Below are positions 9,129-19,362 of a DNA stretch of 47,394 bases, in pieces. Source of the DNA: a virus; IMG/VR virus record IMGVR_UViG_3300013830_000001, one strand, 5' to 3'. How positions within the stretch are numbered: position 1 is the stretch's first letter; the number at the start of each line of letters is the position of its first letter. The position numbers were made by a program, and so were the translations under genes. The notes under the pieces were generated by a model, which was not told the DNA's origin, ran no database searches, and saw only the letters and a program-made list of their open reading frames with translations.

Positions 9129-9421
9129 TCCTCGGTAAAATTTCTTCCTACAACCGTAAACTTATATAAATCCTCTCCGTGGATATTTCTTTCTAAGTCT
9201 CTGATATCAATATCAGGCTGTTCTGCGATAACGGCTTCATAGCCAAAGTAACGATGTACAGCAGAATCAATCTCAAGATATTCTTTCGTCTGATGGGAAA
9301 CTGCTTCATCCCACATTTCACCAGTGATTTTTTCTGAATTGTACTTCAGCTTTTTGTAAGTATGATCCATGATCTTGAGTGGGTTTGAAAGAGTGATAGT
9401 CCCCTTAGAAAACTCGGACAT
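9029..9421 (-). CDS. Tail assembly chaperone (G-like / P2 gpE-like)
   Basis: 130 aa with an acidic C-terminus, between the tube and tape measure genes. Confidence 0.7.
   Translation of the reverse strand: MSEFSKGTITLSNPLKIMDHTYKKLKYNSEKITGEMWDEAVSHQTKEYLEIDSAVHRYFGYEAVIAEQPDIDIRDLERNIHGEDLYKFTVVGRNFTEEWLLAYSQENTDGDSENTPTTAAQESESSKSNQ
9039..9047 (-). promoter_or_regulatory. Candidate -1 programmed ribosomal frameshift site (CUC AAA AAG / C UCA AAA AGC)
   Basis: The only A-run in the 100-nt frame overlap. The zero-frame AAA Lys codon can re-pair on AAA in the -1 frame. It lies 3 codons before the zero-frame stop. Confidence 0.45.
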
Positions 9422-9430
9422 ATATTATCC

Positions 9431-9464
9431 TCCATAAAATAAGCCCCCATAATGAAATGGGGGC
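9431..9464 (-). terminator. Intrinsic terminator/attenuator after the tail tube gene
   Basis: Minus strand GCCCCCAT-ttcatt-ATGGGGGC followed by TTATTTTAT. Confidence 0.6.
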
Positions 9465-9489
9465 TGTTGTATTGCCTTGTGGTAAAGGT

Positions 9490-10008
9490 TTAACCAAGTT
9501 TCATTTTAATGTCGTCCCAAACGTTCATGCCGGACACTTCAACATTGTGTCCAAGCTTGTCAACATAATTGGTACGTTCATTATCAACATATACTTTGTA
9601 GGAAAGTACAGTCATTTTGATCTCGTTGTCGTAAATCTCACCGACTTTGACATTGCGAGAAGGCGCGCCGTTCGGGATGCATTTCATGACTGCACGGCAG
9701 AGAATATTCTCCGTGGTGCCATCCTGCTGAACTACAGCCTGAACCCAGCGATACTCAACAATTTTTGGCTTGTGAGTCGGCTTGACAAGAAGCTTCAGGC
9801 CCTTGTCATCGCCTTTCTTTTTGAACGTTACCTCCATGTTGTTAACGCGTGCATAAATCGGGAAGTTCGTTGTGCCAGTAGCTTCAAATTCTGCAGTCTG
9901 GTAAACGATCTCCGGAAGAGTCGCCTCGATAGAATAACCGCAGCTCACACCATCAACAAACGTTTTTGTCTCTTCAACAGGGCCAGCGTAAGTATTAAAG
10001 CCTAACAT
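9490..10008 (-). CDS. Tail tube protein
   Basis: 172 aa immediately downstream of the sheath gene (stop/start overlap), followed by a terminator and the chaperone genes. Confidence 0.8.
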   Translation of the reverse strand: MLGFNTYAGPVEETKTFVDGVSCGYSIEATLPEIVYQTAEFEATGTTNFPIYARVNNMEVTFKKKGDDKGLKLLVKPTHKPKIVEYRWVQAVVQQDGTTENILCRAVMKCIPNGAPSRNVKVGEIYDNEIKMTVLSYKVYVDNERTNYVDKLGHNVEVSGMNVWDDIKMKLG

Positions 10009-11492
10009 TATTCCTCACCTCCATAAGTGAAAGAAGTATAACCAGCATCAGACCATTTGCAGGAAAGATGGAAGTAATGTGCTTCAGGAGTCGGGGTAGC
10101 AAGGCCGTCAAAGTAGAACTCACCATTAACCCAGTTGGTGTAGCTATCACCATCCGTAACAAAAGTGATAGTCGGAGAAGTTCCGTTCTCAGCGTCACGG
10201 AGAAGTGCGCCAGCGCCAACAAGAGAATCAAGCTGGCTCTGCTCTTCCTCGACAACAGCATCTCTAAGAGCAGTTGTCATTGGACGATCAATTTTGCTTG
10301 CATGTCTCTGTTGGAAGCCATTCATGATGTACTGAATCATGCGAATAGATACATCAAAAATAATGGAAGCGTCATTGTCCACGCCATACTGATATGCTGC
10401 AGTATGACCGCCCCAAAGAACCCACTGGCCACCAGAAGGAATAGCCGTTCCAATGCCAGCAGCATTGAGCTCATTTGCAATAACTTCACCAAATCCATTA
10501 TTAACAGAGTTAACACCGAAGTACTGTTTGATTACAGGAATACTCTTATTGGAGCAAGTCTCCATAGGAATATTCTCATTTGCGTAATCAATTCTCATCT
10601 GCTCAACAGTTGCCAGAGTGGAAAGATGATAGACATTACCATCTGCGCCAGTTGCTCTGGGCCACCATACAGAAGAAATGCTGTTGTTGATGCCGTTCTT
10701 AGACTTCCAATCAATGGCCTTTTCATAGGTGTCAATAAGTTTATTATCTGCACCAACAAGCGGAATGTCAGCCTCAACAAAAGCATCAAAATGATTGTTG
10801 ATCTTCCGTGCAGCGGAGCAAAGAGCCTGATAAATTTTCGGGTTCTCAGAGAAGCCGGGAGCAGCAATCAGGTTGACTACATCAAAGTTCTTGCTGTAGA
10901 CAAGCTCAATAGCAGAAAGCCCCGTCATTTCGCCCTGATCCGATACACCGCCGATAACGTCTTCTGCAGTAACCTTAGTAGGATCTACCACATCATAAGT
11001 TGCATCAACCGTACCAGTGATTTTGTCAGAGGTAACAACAAACTTGGATTTTGTAAAGTTGTAGGTAATGTCATAGTCAGTACCAGCAACTTTGTCTGCA
11101 ATCTTAAAGCTGTCAATAATTGCTTTATCATCAGCAAAAGAAGCAGAACCGTTCGCAAAGTTCAGAGATACTTTCTTGCTCTCCTCGGCCTTATGAGCAA
11201 CCGGATCAAGTACGTTAATCATATAAATTGGAGCAATTGCGCCATTCGCGTTGAAGAAGTGTGCTCTCATTGCCTCGCACAGAGTGAAGCTCTCCCAGTC
11301 ATCAGAGTAGCCACACTGAGCTACAGCGCGAGACCAGTTAATCATCCGAAGCGGTTTGTTTACATAATCAGAACCGTTTTTCAGAAGATTTACTGGAGCA
11401 GTTCCAACGTATACGGCATTAGTTCCAGTCTGTACAGTGCTGCGGGAAATAGTCTCTCCCTGATCAGCACCAATACCATGTTTGTATGCCAT
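10008..11492 (-). CDS. Contractile tail sheath protein
   Basis: 494 aa; N-terminus MAYKHGIGADQGETISRSTVQTGTNAVYVGTAPVN is typical of FI/sheath proteins; followed by the tube gene. Confidence 0.9.
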   Translation of the reverse strand: MAYKHGIGADQGETISRSTVQTGTNAVYVGTAPVNLLKNGSDYVNKPLRMINWSRAVAQCGYSDDWESFTLCEAMRAHFFNANGAIAPIYMINVLDPVAHKAEESKKVSLNFANGSASFADDKAIIDSFKIADKVAGTDYDITYNFTKSKFVVTSDKITGTVDATYDVVDPTKVTAEDVIGGVSDQGEMTGLSAIELVYSKNFDVVNLIAAPGFSENPKIYQALCSAARKINNHFDAFVEADIPLVGADNKLIDTYEKAIDWKSKNGINNSISSVWWPRATGADGNVYHLSTLATVEQMRIDYANENIPMETCSNKSIPVIKQYFGVNSVNNGFGEVIANELNAAGIGTAIPSGGQWVLWGGHTAAYQYGVDNDASIIFDVSIRMIQYIMNGFQQRHASKIDRPMTTALRDAVVEEEQSQLDSLVGAGALLRDAENGTSPTITFVTDGDSYTNWVNGEFYFDGLATPTPEAHYFHLSCKWSDAGYTSFTYGGEE

Positions 11493-11503
11493 AATCAGTC
11501 TCC

Positions 11504-12148
11504 TTAATCTTCAAGTAAAGGTTTTATTGTTGTGTGAATACTGAATGCAGGTGTCAGCACGTTAAATGATATGTAAGTAAAAAAGTACGGGTAGAATTCG
11601 TGTTTGTATTTGTATGCGGATGCATCGCCCTTTTTGATACTTACACTCTGATCTAAGAAGGTATACTTCCCGAAGTGCTGCGAATTTTGAATAACTCGCT
11701 CTGCGACATCTGCAAAATTCCACGCATCTTCCCATCCAGCAATGGATTTTTGGAATTCCAGCTCAGGGTCAGAGCGGTAAAGGATGTTGCCGTTAGAATC
11801 TTTAACAAGATTCCCGTTCTCATCTTTAATTGGATACATAACATCTTGAGAATGAATCCCCGGATTCCACGTTCCAAATACAAGCGTAATTGGAATGGAT
11901 TCAAACTTTTCTATCAGATCACGTTTGACTGGTGATTCATCTCTTCCAGTTACAACTACACAGGACGGATGACGATAGTCTGTCTGGTCCGCGAACTCTG
12001 GATACATCGCATAACATTTTGGAGTAACCAGTTTATATGGGTATTCTCCATCATGTACTGTATCGCTAGCTTGTTTGAGTTTTACAAGAGGGCAAATTTC
12101 TTTCTCTACGAAATCGCGAATTTCATTAATACATACTGTCGTTTGCAT
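11504..12148 (-). CDS. Hypothetical virion protein (neck / tail-completion position)
   Basis: 214 aa between the head genes and the sheath gene; no motif recognised. Confidence 0.4.
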   Translation of the reverse strand: MQTTVCINEIRDFVEKEICPLVKLKQASDTVHDGEYPYKLVTPKCYAMYPEFADQTDYRHPSCVVVTGRDESPVKRDLIEKFESIPITLVFGTWNPGIHSQDVMYPIKDENGNLVKDSNGNILYRSDPELEFQKSIAGWEDAWNFADVAERVIQNSQHFGKYTFLDQSVSIKKGDASAYKYKHEFYPYFFTYISFNVLTPAFSIHTTIKPLLED

Positions 12149-12466
12149 TTAAGTTGCTCCGTTCTCATGCAAAGTAACTGTAGTGTGTCCCATGTCTTCT
12201 CTCCAATCATCCACTACAAAATACTTTCCGTCCAAAAGAAGAACATCTTTTGGCGGTTTAGGCTGTATGGGGAGATCTTTTGTCTTAAAAAACAGAAGAA
12301 CAGAGGATTCAATGATCTTCATTTCCTCTGTTCCTAATCTATCTTTTAGTTCATCATCATCAACGATACAAATTATTTTGTATCCTTCAATGTTGTGATA
12401 TGCGCCAAATACTTCTAAGTCAAAGATTTGATCTAAGTCTTTGTCAAATAAAGCTTTTGGATTCAT
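12149..12466 (-). CDS. Hypothetical head-tail connector-position protein
   Basis: 105 aa, translationally coupled to its neighbours. Confidence 0.4.
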   Translation of the reverse strand: MNPKALFDKDLDQIFDLEVFGAYHNIEGYKIICIVDDDELKDRLGTEEMKIIESSVLLFFKTKDLPIQPKPPKDVLLLDGKYFVVDDWREDMGHTTVTLHENGAT

Positions 12467-12846
12467 ACCAGATCAGAAGCTGCCAGCCTCTCATCCTCAT
12501 ATTTATAAATAGCGTTGATGATATCGGATTTCTTCTTATACTCTGAAATATCAAACCCGCATGCTTCCGCATATTCGCGCAGCTCTTTAACGGTCATTTT
12601 CTCAAGTGGCTTGCCAACCTCATCTGTATAATCGTCTTCCTCTTCATCTTCCGATTCACCAATAGCAGTGTCGGTGTGCGCTGACATTTCGTCATCGGAA
12701 ACAACGTCTTCTGAGCCAACCGGAACAGCCGTTCCTTCCTTAATCCAGCGTTTGGCTACATTGTCATCAATATCAACAACACCCTTGATCATTTCAGTAA
12801 ATCGGCCTACCTCATACGGGCAACTTACAAGAACATTTACGCGCAT
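12463..12846 (-). CDS. Hypothetical protein with an acidic linker and a C-terminal HeH/SAP-like motif
   Basis: 127 aa; C-terminus MTVKELREYAEACGFDISEYKKKSDIINAI resembles Rho-N/HeH motifs often fused to phage head proteins. Confidence 0.4.
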   Translation of the reverse strand: MRVNVLVSCPYEVGRFTEMIKGVVDIDDNVAKRWIKEGTAVPVGSEDVVSDDEMSAHTDTAIGESEDEEEDDYTDEVGKPLEKMTVKELREYAEACGFDISEYKKKSDIINAIYKYEDERLAASDLV

Positions 12847-12857
12847 GTTTTCACCTC

Positions 12858-13928
12858 TTAACCGCTAATTGCCTTGAAGGAAATAAAGCAGTTTTTCTGT
12901 TTCGGAACCACCAGCGGATGAGAAGATACCGTGATAGTTCTGGTGTTGTCTCTCGGATCAGCAAGGAACTTGGAAATTCTCTGGCCTTCTTTAGTAACAA
13001 AAGAATTAGAGCCCTGTTCAATGGAACCCTCACCACCGTAGTACCACTCGGCAGAATCAGGAGCACAAAGAACAGCCATATCCTCCGGGATATAGCGATG
13101 ACGTTTGCCGTCCTGACCAACATAAGAAAGAGCGTAGGTTACAATGTTGATTTCAAATCCGTCAATAACAAGAGTGCCAACATTAGCTGCACCAGTCGTA
13201 ACCTTATCAGAGAAAAGCTCACCAATCGTAATTCTGCGATTGTCAAAAAGCTCCTGAGCCTGCTTGTTGTTGCGAATAGCACGGGCTACTTTCGGAGAAG
13301 TAAGAAGAACATTTGGCATAGTTCCAAGCTCTTCTGCCTCTTCCAGCATTGCACCAATATCATCAATCGGCTTTGCATTCGTATCATCAAAGAGAGTGCC
13401 GACAGACTTTCTTGCAGGGTTAACACCGCCCTCATAGAACTTAACTACATCAGTGTCAGTTACAGTTCCGTTAATTCTGTCAGATACAGTGACAGAGTTG
13501 TTAAGCATGAGGTCAGCAAGCATGCACTCCTCAGTTACAGAAATTCTGTCAGAAAGCTCCTGCATGTCATCCCTGAGAAGCATTCCCTCTCTGGTTGCAG
13601 GATCAACATGAGAGTAAACGTCCTCACCAAAAGCACGCGTGGAGAGCTCATCATAGGTGAGCTGTCTGGAAAGCGCAACTCTTGCAGGGCGATAAGTTAC
13701 CATCTGGTATCCTTTACGCTCAACAATCGGGGCCTGCTGTCTTTCGGATACAAACGGAGCCTGTACCTGATCAATATCACGATACTGAATCAGGACTTCA
13801 GAGCGCGGAAAAATTCCACGTGCAGTATCAAGAACAGAAAAATTGTCATACAGAAATCCGGGTTTCGGTTTGATAACCTCGGAAGCTTTCTGAATGGCAA
13901 TATCAGAATAAAAATTATTGTCAGCCAT
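12858..13928 (-). CDS. Major capsid protein (lambda gpE family)
   Basis: 356 aa following the decoration and protease genes in lambda order; the ..YRPARVALSRQLTYDEL.. region is typical of Phage_cap_E. Confidence 0.85.
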   Translation of the reverse strand: MADNNFYSDIAIQKASEVIKPKPGFLYDNFSVLDTARGIFPRSEVLIQYRDIDQVQAPFVSERQQAPIVERKGYQMVTYRPARVALSRQLTYDELSTRAFGEDVYSHVDPATREGMLLRDDMQELSDRISVTEECMLADLMLNNSVTVSDRINGTVTDTDVVKFYEGGVNPARKSVGTLFDDTNAKPIDDIGAMLEEAEELGTMPNVLLTSPKVARAIRNNKQAQELFDNRRITIGELFSDKVTTGAANVGTLVIDGFEINIVTYALSYVGQDGKRHRYIPEDMAVLCAPDSAEWYYGGEGSIEQGSNSFVTKEGQRISKFLADPRDNTRTITVSSHPLVVPKQKNCFISFKAISG

Positions 13929-13946
13929 TATTCAATAACCTCCTGT

Positions 13947-14294
13947 TTATTCAACAGAGTCAACAAACAGAACGTTGTCCATTCTGCAAGCTTCCTCAAT
14001 ATCCTCAGTAATATCAATGCCAGTAGCTTCTGCAACGGTTTTCTTTACAAAATGGCCGCCAGTATATACGAACACATAAGTGTCGCCGTCTGCAGCGTCT
14101 ACAGCCTCAGATACAATGCCGTAGTTCTTGCCAACCGTAGAAGTTGCAAGAGTTGCAGTCTCACTCGCAATAGTAACAAGTGCGCCAAGCTTTAAGCTCG
14201 TGCCTTTTGCAACTTTAACAACTTTACCCTCAGTAGCAGGACCTACTACGAGATTGTCATATTTAATCTCGCCTACAACTTCAGAGTGTTTCAT
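13947..14294 (-). CDS. Head decoration protein (lambda gpD-like)
   Basis: 115 aa between the protease/scaffold and capsid genes; Gly/Ala/Val-rich beta protein. Confidence 0.65.
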   Translation of the reverse strand: MKHSEVVGEIKYDNLVVGPATEGKVVKVAKGTSLKLGALVTIASETATLATSTVGKNYGIVSEAVDAADGDTYVFVYTGGHFVKKTVAEATGIDITEDIEEACRMDNVLFVDSVE

Positions 14295-15550
14295 TTGCGT
14301 TTTGCCTCCTCATAGAGTTTATTAATCTGCTCATTAAGAGAAATGGTTTTCTCCTCTTCAGAGGGCTCATGGTCAACCATCATGGTATTTGCAGGAAGGG
14401 TTTCAACATCTTCTGCCCCAGAGTTTTTGTAATCCGCTTTCTCTTTGTTGCTGAAGGCTTTCTTCAGCTTTTCGTCTCTCTTTCCGACTTCAAAAAAAAG
14501 GTCTTTTGCATTGACAGAAGACTCATATTTGGCTTTCTCAAGCGTCTTCTCATCAACTGCCCAGGCGATTTCATCAAGTTCCTTCAGACGTTTGCGCTCT
14601 TTTGCGAGTGCTTCTTTTACTGCGTCCTCGGTTTTCTTTTCGTCGTCCTCTGGCGCCTCATCTTCAGGCTCATTGTCGGTTTTGTCCTCAGCCTCAGTCT
14701 CTGCCTTTTCATTATCCTGAAGCTCCTCGATGATCTGTTTTTTCAGTTCCTCGACAAGTTCCGGATAGGCTTTGGCAAGGTCTTCAACTGTGGTGATTTC
14801 TTTCTGCTCCTCTTCCTTTTTCTCAGGAGTAGGCGCATCAGTCGAAGTGGTTTTTTTCTCCTCGTCCATACCGTTCATAACCTCCTTCGTCTTTCCGGTA
14901 ATATGGATATAGGATTTATTCAAAGTCTGCAAAGACTTTGGAACATGTTTATAGTGCTCTTTCGCATACTTCAGACTTGCTACCATCCGCAGCTGTTTAG
15001 CACTTGCTGTGAGAGTCAGCTTTTCCTCATCGTTAACAAGCTCATCGGCAAAGCCAAAATCAATGATGTTCTGTCCGCCTTCAAGCCATGTTTCTTCTTC
15101 CATAAGCTGCAGAAGCTCATGCACGTCTTTTCCGGTTTTCTCGGAATAGATTTCAGCAATCTCTTTTGTTGACTCTCTCAGATCAGTAGAAAGCTCCGTG
15201 AGCTGATGGTGGGACATCGCGCGCTCAGTCGGAAAAAGCATTTTCACTTCATGAATCATGAAGACATCATCTTCATGAACAAAAGTTTTTCCAGAATGTG
15301 AAGCGCATGGAATTAGCGTTGCAATGGAAGCGCAGCAGCCATCAATGTAACAATTCCTATAGTTCTCATCATTCTCAAGGATGTTAAAAATAGCGGCCCC
15401 TGTTTCCACAAGGCCGCCCATTGAATCAATATGCACATCATACTGACCATTTATTTTTGACAAGTCATCCTTGAATGACTCTAGCGTTATGCACTGATCA
15501 TCTGTATAAGTATCATCGGCAAAAGTGCCGTAGAGATATATATCAGCCAT
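14291..15550 (-). CDS. ClpP/S49-type prohead protease fused to an acidic scaffold domain (lambda gpC-like)
   Basis: 419 aa; N-terminal ..VHIDSMGGLVETGAAIFNIL.. serine-protease core, then a long E/K-rich coiled-coil C-terminus; overlaps the portal stop. Confidence 0.8.
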   Translation of the reverse strand: MADIYLYGTFADDTYTDDQCITLESFKDDLSKINGQYDVHIDSMGGLVETGAAIFNILENDENYRNCYIDGCCASIATLIPCASHSGKTFVHEDDVFMIHEVKMLFPTERAMSHHQLTELSTDLRESTKEIAEIYSEKTGKDVHELLQLMEEETWLEGGQNIIDFGFADELVNDEEKLTLTASAKQLRMVASLKYAKEHYKHVPKSLQTLNKSYIHITGKTKEVMNGMDEEKKTTSTDAPTPEKKEEEQKEITTVEDLAKAYPELVEELKKQIIEELQDNEKAETEAEDKTDNEPEDEAPEDDEKKTEDAVKEALAKERKRLKELDEIAWAVDEKTLEKAKYESSVNAKDLFFEVGKRDEKLKKAFSNKEKADYKNSGAEDVETLPANTMMVDHEPSEEEKTISLNEQINKLYEEAKRK

Positions 15551-17129
15551 CTTGGTAATACTCCCTCTCGGTGTATCGGATATTTTGTTCCGTATTCACT
15601 GCTGCATCCTGCAGCCGGTCATTCTCCATCTTGAGCTGGTCAACAATATGATCAAAGTCTCCTGCTCCCATCTCGGTTGCAATATCTTCATGAGTTGCAA
15701 GACCATTGTTGATCTTCATGACGTTTGCGGTAACTTCCTTAACAGGATCAATCTGTCCCATTGCAGGACCTACCCATTCTGCATTAGTGTATGCGGCACG
15801 GATAATCGGGTCTGCAAAATATCCCGGAGCATCAATGCGCCCACTGGCCACAGCTTCATTGAACCAGATTTCATAAACAGGCTGCACAAAGTCAGAGACA
15901 AACCATCCTCTGTACATTTTGAAAGTCTTGTTTGCTTCCAACTGAGAAGCACGGGAAGCACTGTAGGAAGAACTATGGCTCTTCATAAGTACATCTTTAG
16001 GCACCTCGATTGCAGCGCCAATCTTTGTTGCTATGCTTTCATCAAAGTTCTTAAAACCAGAAGAAGGCCGTTTCGGGTCAATCGCCTGAATTTCATCGTC
16101 TATATCTGCATCCACTACAGCGCCCGGAGCAAACTGCATCTCATATTCATTGTGCGGGACTTCTTCGCCTTCGCCGTATGCTTCATTCAGCTCATCGTCT
16201 GCATCTGCATGTTTCCATACGATGGTATAACATGCTTCAATTACCGCTGCTGTTAGTTCGGCCTCGGTATATCTTCTGAGTTGTTCAAGAGGATCAATCA
16301 CTTGTGCAAGAAGCGGAACGCCTCGGTACTGCTCTGGCCTTTCTGCGTTCATGACGTGCAGAACGTTTGGAAGTTTGCTTCTCTGTCCATAAGCTAATAC
16401 CCTTGTCCATTTTTTCTCTGAGCCATCAATCGGTACTTCATTTGGATAAGCGTTGCAAATATGATAGGCAACTACCTTCCCTTTCCTGTCGAGCTCTATA
16501 CCGTTTCGAATGATGTTCCCTGCCTTCGTTTTGCTAACAACAGTTGAAACACCGGGCGAAATGTAATTGTAATTGTCTGCATCCAACGGGGTAGAAACTC
16601 GATCCGCCTCAATGACTCTCAGTCTAAGTGGATAAGGATTTGACGGATCTTTCTTGAAGTCTTTTTCAATCAGGCAAAAAACATCTCCAGACATCAGCGA
16701 CGACAAAAAAGCAAGCTGCTGAAGCTCATAAAAATCATTAACTCCAAGTGAGTCACAATGATTTTTGTTGCATGCCCACATGTGGAACTCGTGCTGAATC
16801 TGTCTTTCAAGTATGTCGGCCTCACCGTTGTCCATGTGAAGAATGTCACGATTCAGCCTCGGTTTTAATCTAAGCCCGGTTCCAATTGCATTAGTTCTGA
16901 TTGTTTTTAGTGCAGATGTAGCATAAGGCTCATCCATATAAAGCATTCTGGAACGATTCCAGAGAGTATATAAGTTCTCATCAATATCCTTTACGGTGTC
17001 AGAAGAACGTTGGCTAAAGCCTCTCAGAGAGCGCTTTGAAGTGCTTGCTCCCGCTTCCCTGTATCCATAGTTAACCAACTGTTCTAGCACGTCCGGAGGA
17101 ATCGTTATATGCTTCCCTTTATTTGGCAT
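15543..17129 (-). CDS. Portal protein (lambda gpB family)
   Basis: 528 aa downstream of TerL and the W-like gene and upstream of the protease. Confidence 0.85.
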   Translation of the reverse strand: MPNKGKHITIPPDVLEQLVNYGYREAGASTSKRSLRGFSQRSSDTVKDIDENLYTLWNRSRMLYMDEPYATSALKTIRTNAIGTGLRLKPRLNRDILHMDNGEADILERQIQHEFHMWACNKNHCDSLGVNDFYELQQLAFLSSLMSGDVFCLIEKDFKKDPSNPYPLRLRVIEADRVSTPLDADNYNYISPGVSTVVSKTKAGNIIRNGIELDRKGKVVAYHICNAYPNEVPIDGSEKKWTRVLAYGQRSKLPNVLHVMNAERPEQYRGVPLLAQVIDPLEQLRRYTEAELTAAVIEACYTIVWKHADADDELNEAYGEGEEVPHNEYEMQFAPGAVVDADIDDEIQAIDPKRPSSGFKNFDESIATKIGAAIEVPKDVLMKSHSSSYSASRASQLEANKTFKMYRGWFVSDFVQPVYEIWFNEAVASGRIDAPGYFADPIIRAAYTNAEWVGPAMGQIDPVKEVTANVMKINNGLATHEDIATEMGAGDFDHIVDQLKMENDRLQDAAVNTEQNIRYTEREYYQDG

Positions 17130-17141
17130 TGGTATTCCTCC

Positions 17142-17450
17142 TTACCAGTTATTGTTATAAACGGCTGCACGAACATGAGTCCGTTTACTTCCTTTTTCAA
17201 TCAGATTCTCGTACTTAGCAATTTCAGACATGAGTTCGGATTCAAGATTGTAAAGCTCATCTGCTGACCAATCATGATGCTCAACATTTCTGGAACCAAT
17301 CTGGTACTTTACAATTTTCCCATCCATCAGTTCTTCAATTGCTTTATATGTGAGTTCCAACTGCTCATTCAGCATTCTGAGATGTCGCTCATAACGATTC
17401 TTTTTAGAACTTGAAATCGTCTCCAAAATTTCCACCTCCGTAAAAATCAA
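17142..17450 (-). CDS. Head-tail joining protein (lambda gpW-like)
   Basis: Lies between TerL and portal as in lambda; ..AIEELMDGKIVKYQIGSRNVEHHDWSADELYNLESEL.. parallels gpW. The true start may be the internal ATG at 17375. Confidence 0.55.
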   Translation of the reverse strand: MIFTEVEILETISSSKKNRYERHLRMLNEQLELTYKAIEELMDGKIVKYQIGSRNVEHHDWSADELYNLESELMSEIAKYENLIEKGSKRTHVRAAVYNNNW

Positions 17451-19362
17451 ATGAAGCCTTTTTACGCCTTGGCTTTTCAGGAGCTTTCTTTACTACATCT
17501 TGTTTGATTTCCTGCTCAATCTGATCCATGTTCAGATTTCCGGAAATGGTTCTAAATGCAGCCATTGCATAATTTCTACAGTCCAACGGCTCATTTCTCT
17601 TGTGTCCAACAATTGGTTTCCACACCCATTTAGACACACCGTTCTTTCTTTCATATACTTTTTTCTCTGACAGAAGGCCATTGAAGTATTCTTCGTTATA
17701 TCCTCTGTCCGGATTTGAAGGAAAATGGCAATACTTTGTCCCCGGAGACTGGACAAGCAAAGAGCTCATAATAAGTTCTTTTCCTGCATCAACTCCAAGG
17801 TTGTACAAGTTAATGTATTTAGGCTTGACAGATTTTCGTTTTGATTTTTTTGATTTTCCCCAAGTGCCTCTCAAAGTTATGTCATATCTGTTCGGGCGGG
17901 TAACGTATGGATAACCAGAACCGCCCCTTCCTCGAATAGCAAAGATGTTTTTGTACTTCCATTTGTAGCAAATTTCATAGACGTCTTCTGTATGATGTCC
18001 TTGGGAGTCAATAAACGTTAATGAAATTCTTCGCCCTTTGCCGTTCTTGTAATGCCATGTTTTGTCCATCAAGCCTTCAAGAGTGCTCCAGACCTGTTTG
18101 TTATCCTTAGAAGGAATGCCCATGATGATTCCTCGCTGGATTCCCCAAGTTTCCCCGAATTTTCCATGCCCTACTACTTCGTACTCCAGTCTGTCATCCT
18201 GAGTATCAACGCCCATAGTAAGCACCAACACTCCGTCTGGAATTTCAGCGTCGTACTCTTCGCGCCTTTTTAGATATTCTGATTCATCGCCTATGTCGCT
18301 TCTGTCTTCCCAGAGCTCTCCAAACAAAGTGTTGCAGACTACCTTCAATCTTTCTGGATCATCTTTTGATTCCAGAAATTTCATAATGATTTTTGCCCAT
18401 GGAGTCCAAGGCGAACAAAAAGCATTCAGCCAAAATGACCGAATGCCTTTGTTGTATGCTGTTGGGTTATTAGCCACCCATTTTTGCTTTTGACGTCTTG
18501 CCGTATCTTCCGGAATTAAACATCCGCAATGTGGGCAAAGCCAGTCAGGGCCAGACGTAATCTTATACTGATTCTTTCCATTTACTTTGGTGTGTGTTTC
18601 CTGATACCGGATGCTATTAAAAGTTATCTCTGAATACTCTCCGCATTCAGGACATTGTGTGCACCATCTTTCTTGTGTGCCTTGCAAATAAGATGTCTCA
18701 ATATTTGACGCGCCCTTGATTGTTGGGGTAGAAACTTCAACAGACTTACTGTTAAAGAACGTGGCTTGTCTTGCCTTGGCAAGCTCCCACGGGTCGCCTT
18801 CGCGTCCTGCGCTTGGAGCCCAGCGGTCGCGCTCATCTCCAATAATGTATCTGGCCGGAGTGGAAGCAAGTGCAGACGGGCTGTTGGAGCCTGTTATAAA
18901 AAGCCTTCCTCCGGGGAAAGACTTGATAAGTTTTGTGTTTGAATTATCACGTCCGCCCTTGGTAGGCTTTATTTTTTTCTTCAGTGGCTTGCAGTCTCGA
19001 ATCATCGGATTGATTCTTAGATCTGAAAACTTTGCTGCATCGTCCAAATTTGGCTGTACATAAATTATTGTCGCTGGGTCCTGATCTACTGCATAAGCAA
19101 TACAATTTAGCTCAAATTCAGACTTGCCAATCTGAGAAGCAGAAACCATTACAATGTTTCGAACTTTTGGATCTGTGAAAGCATCCATCGGTTCTTTCAA
19201 GTAAGGCGTCCTTGATGTTCTCCAAGGCCCAGCCTCGGCTGAACTTTCTGGTGAAAGTCTTCTATATTTATCAGCCCACTCCGAAACCGTTATGTCTTCA
19301 GGAGGGCTGAAGTTTTTACAAACTTTTTCAAATATATTCGTCGTCTGAGTCTTCATCGTCAA
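17404..19362 (-). CDS. terL: Terminase large subunit (lambda GpA family)
   Basis: 652 aa; ..VSEWADKYRRLSPESSAEAGPWRTSRTPYLKEPMDAF.., a Walker-like SASQIGKSE segment, and a Cys cluster CTQCPECGEY...CPHCGC. Confidence 0.9.
   Translation of the reverse strand: MTMKTQTTNIFEKVCKNFSPPEDITVSEWADKYRRLSPESSAEAGPWRTSRTPYLKEPMDAFTDPKVRNIVMVSASQIGKSEFELNCIAYAVDQDPATIIYVQPNLDDAAKFSDLRINPMIRDCKPLKKKIKPTKGGRDNSNTKLIKSFPGGRLFITGSNSPSALASTPARYIIGDERDRWAPSAGREGDPWELAKARQATFFNSKSVEVSTPTIKGASNIETSYLQGTQERWCTQCPECGEYSEITFNSIRYQETHTKVNGKNQYKITSGPDWLCPHCGCLIPEDTARRQKQKWVANNPTAYNKGIRSFWLNAFCSPWTPWAKIIMKFLESKDDPERLKVVCNTLFGELWEDRSDIGDESEYLKRREEYDAEIPDGVLVLTMGVDTQDDRLEYEVVGHGKFGETWGIQRGIIMGIPSKDNKQVWSTLEGLMDKTWHYKNGKGRRISLTFIDSQGHHTEDVYEICYKWKYKNIFAIRGRGGSGYPYVTRPNRYDITLRGTWGKSKKSKRKSVKPKYINLYNLGVDAGKELIMSSLLVQSPGTKYCHFPSNPDRGYNEEYFNGLLSEKKVYERKNGVSKWVWKPIVGHKRNEPLDCRNYAMAAFRTISGNLNMDQIEQEIKQDVVKKAPEKPRRKKASFDFYGGGNFGDDFKF

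Noticed and set aside
10068-11507. 479-aa plus-strand ORF antisense to the sheath gene; similar long antisense ORFs at 12918-14195, 14369-15172, 15552-16256 and 7059-7577
   Set aside because: They mirror well-supported minus-strand genes and have no SD or promoter. Their composition is odd (Ile/Asn/Ser/Arg/Cys-rich or low-complexity), typical of antisense frames of real genes.
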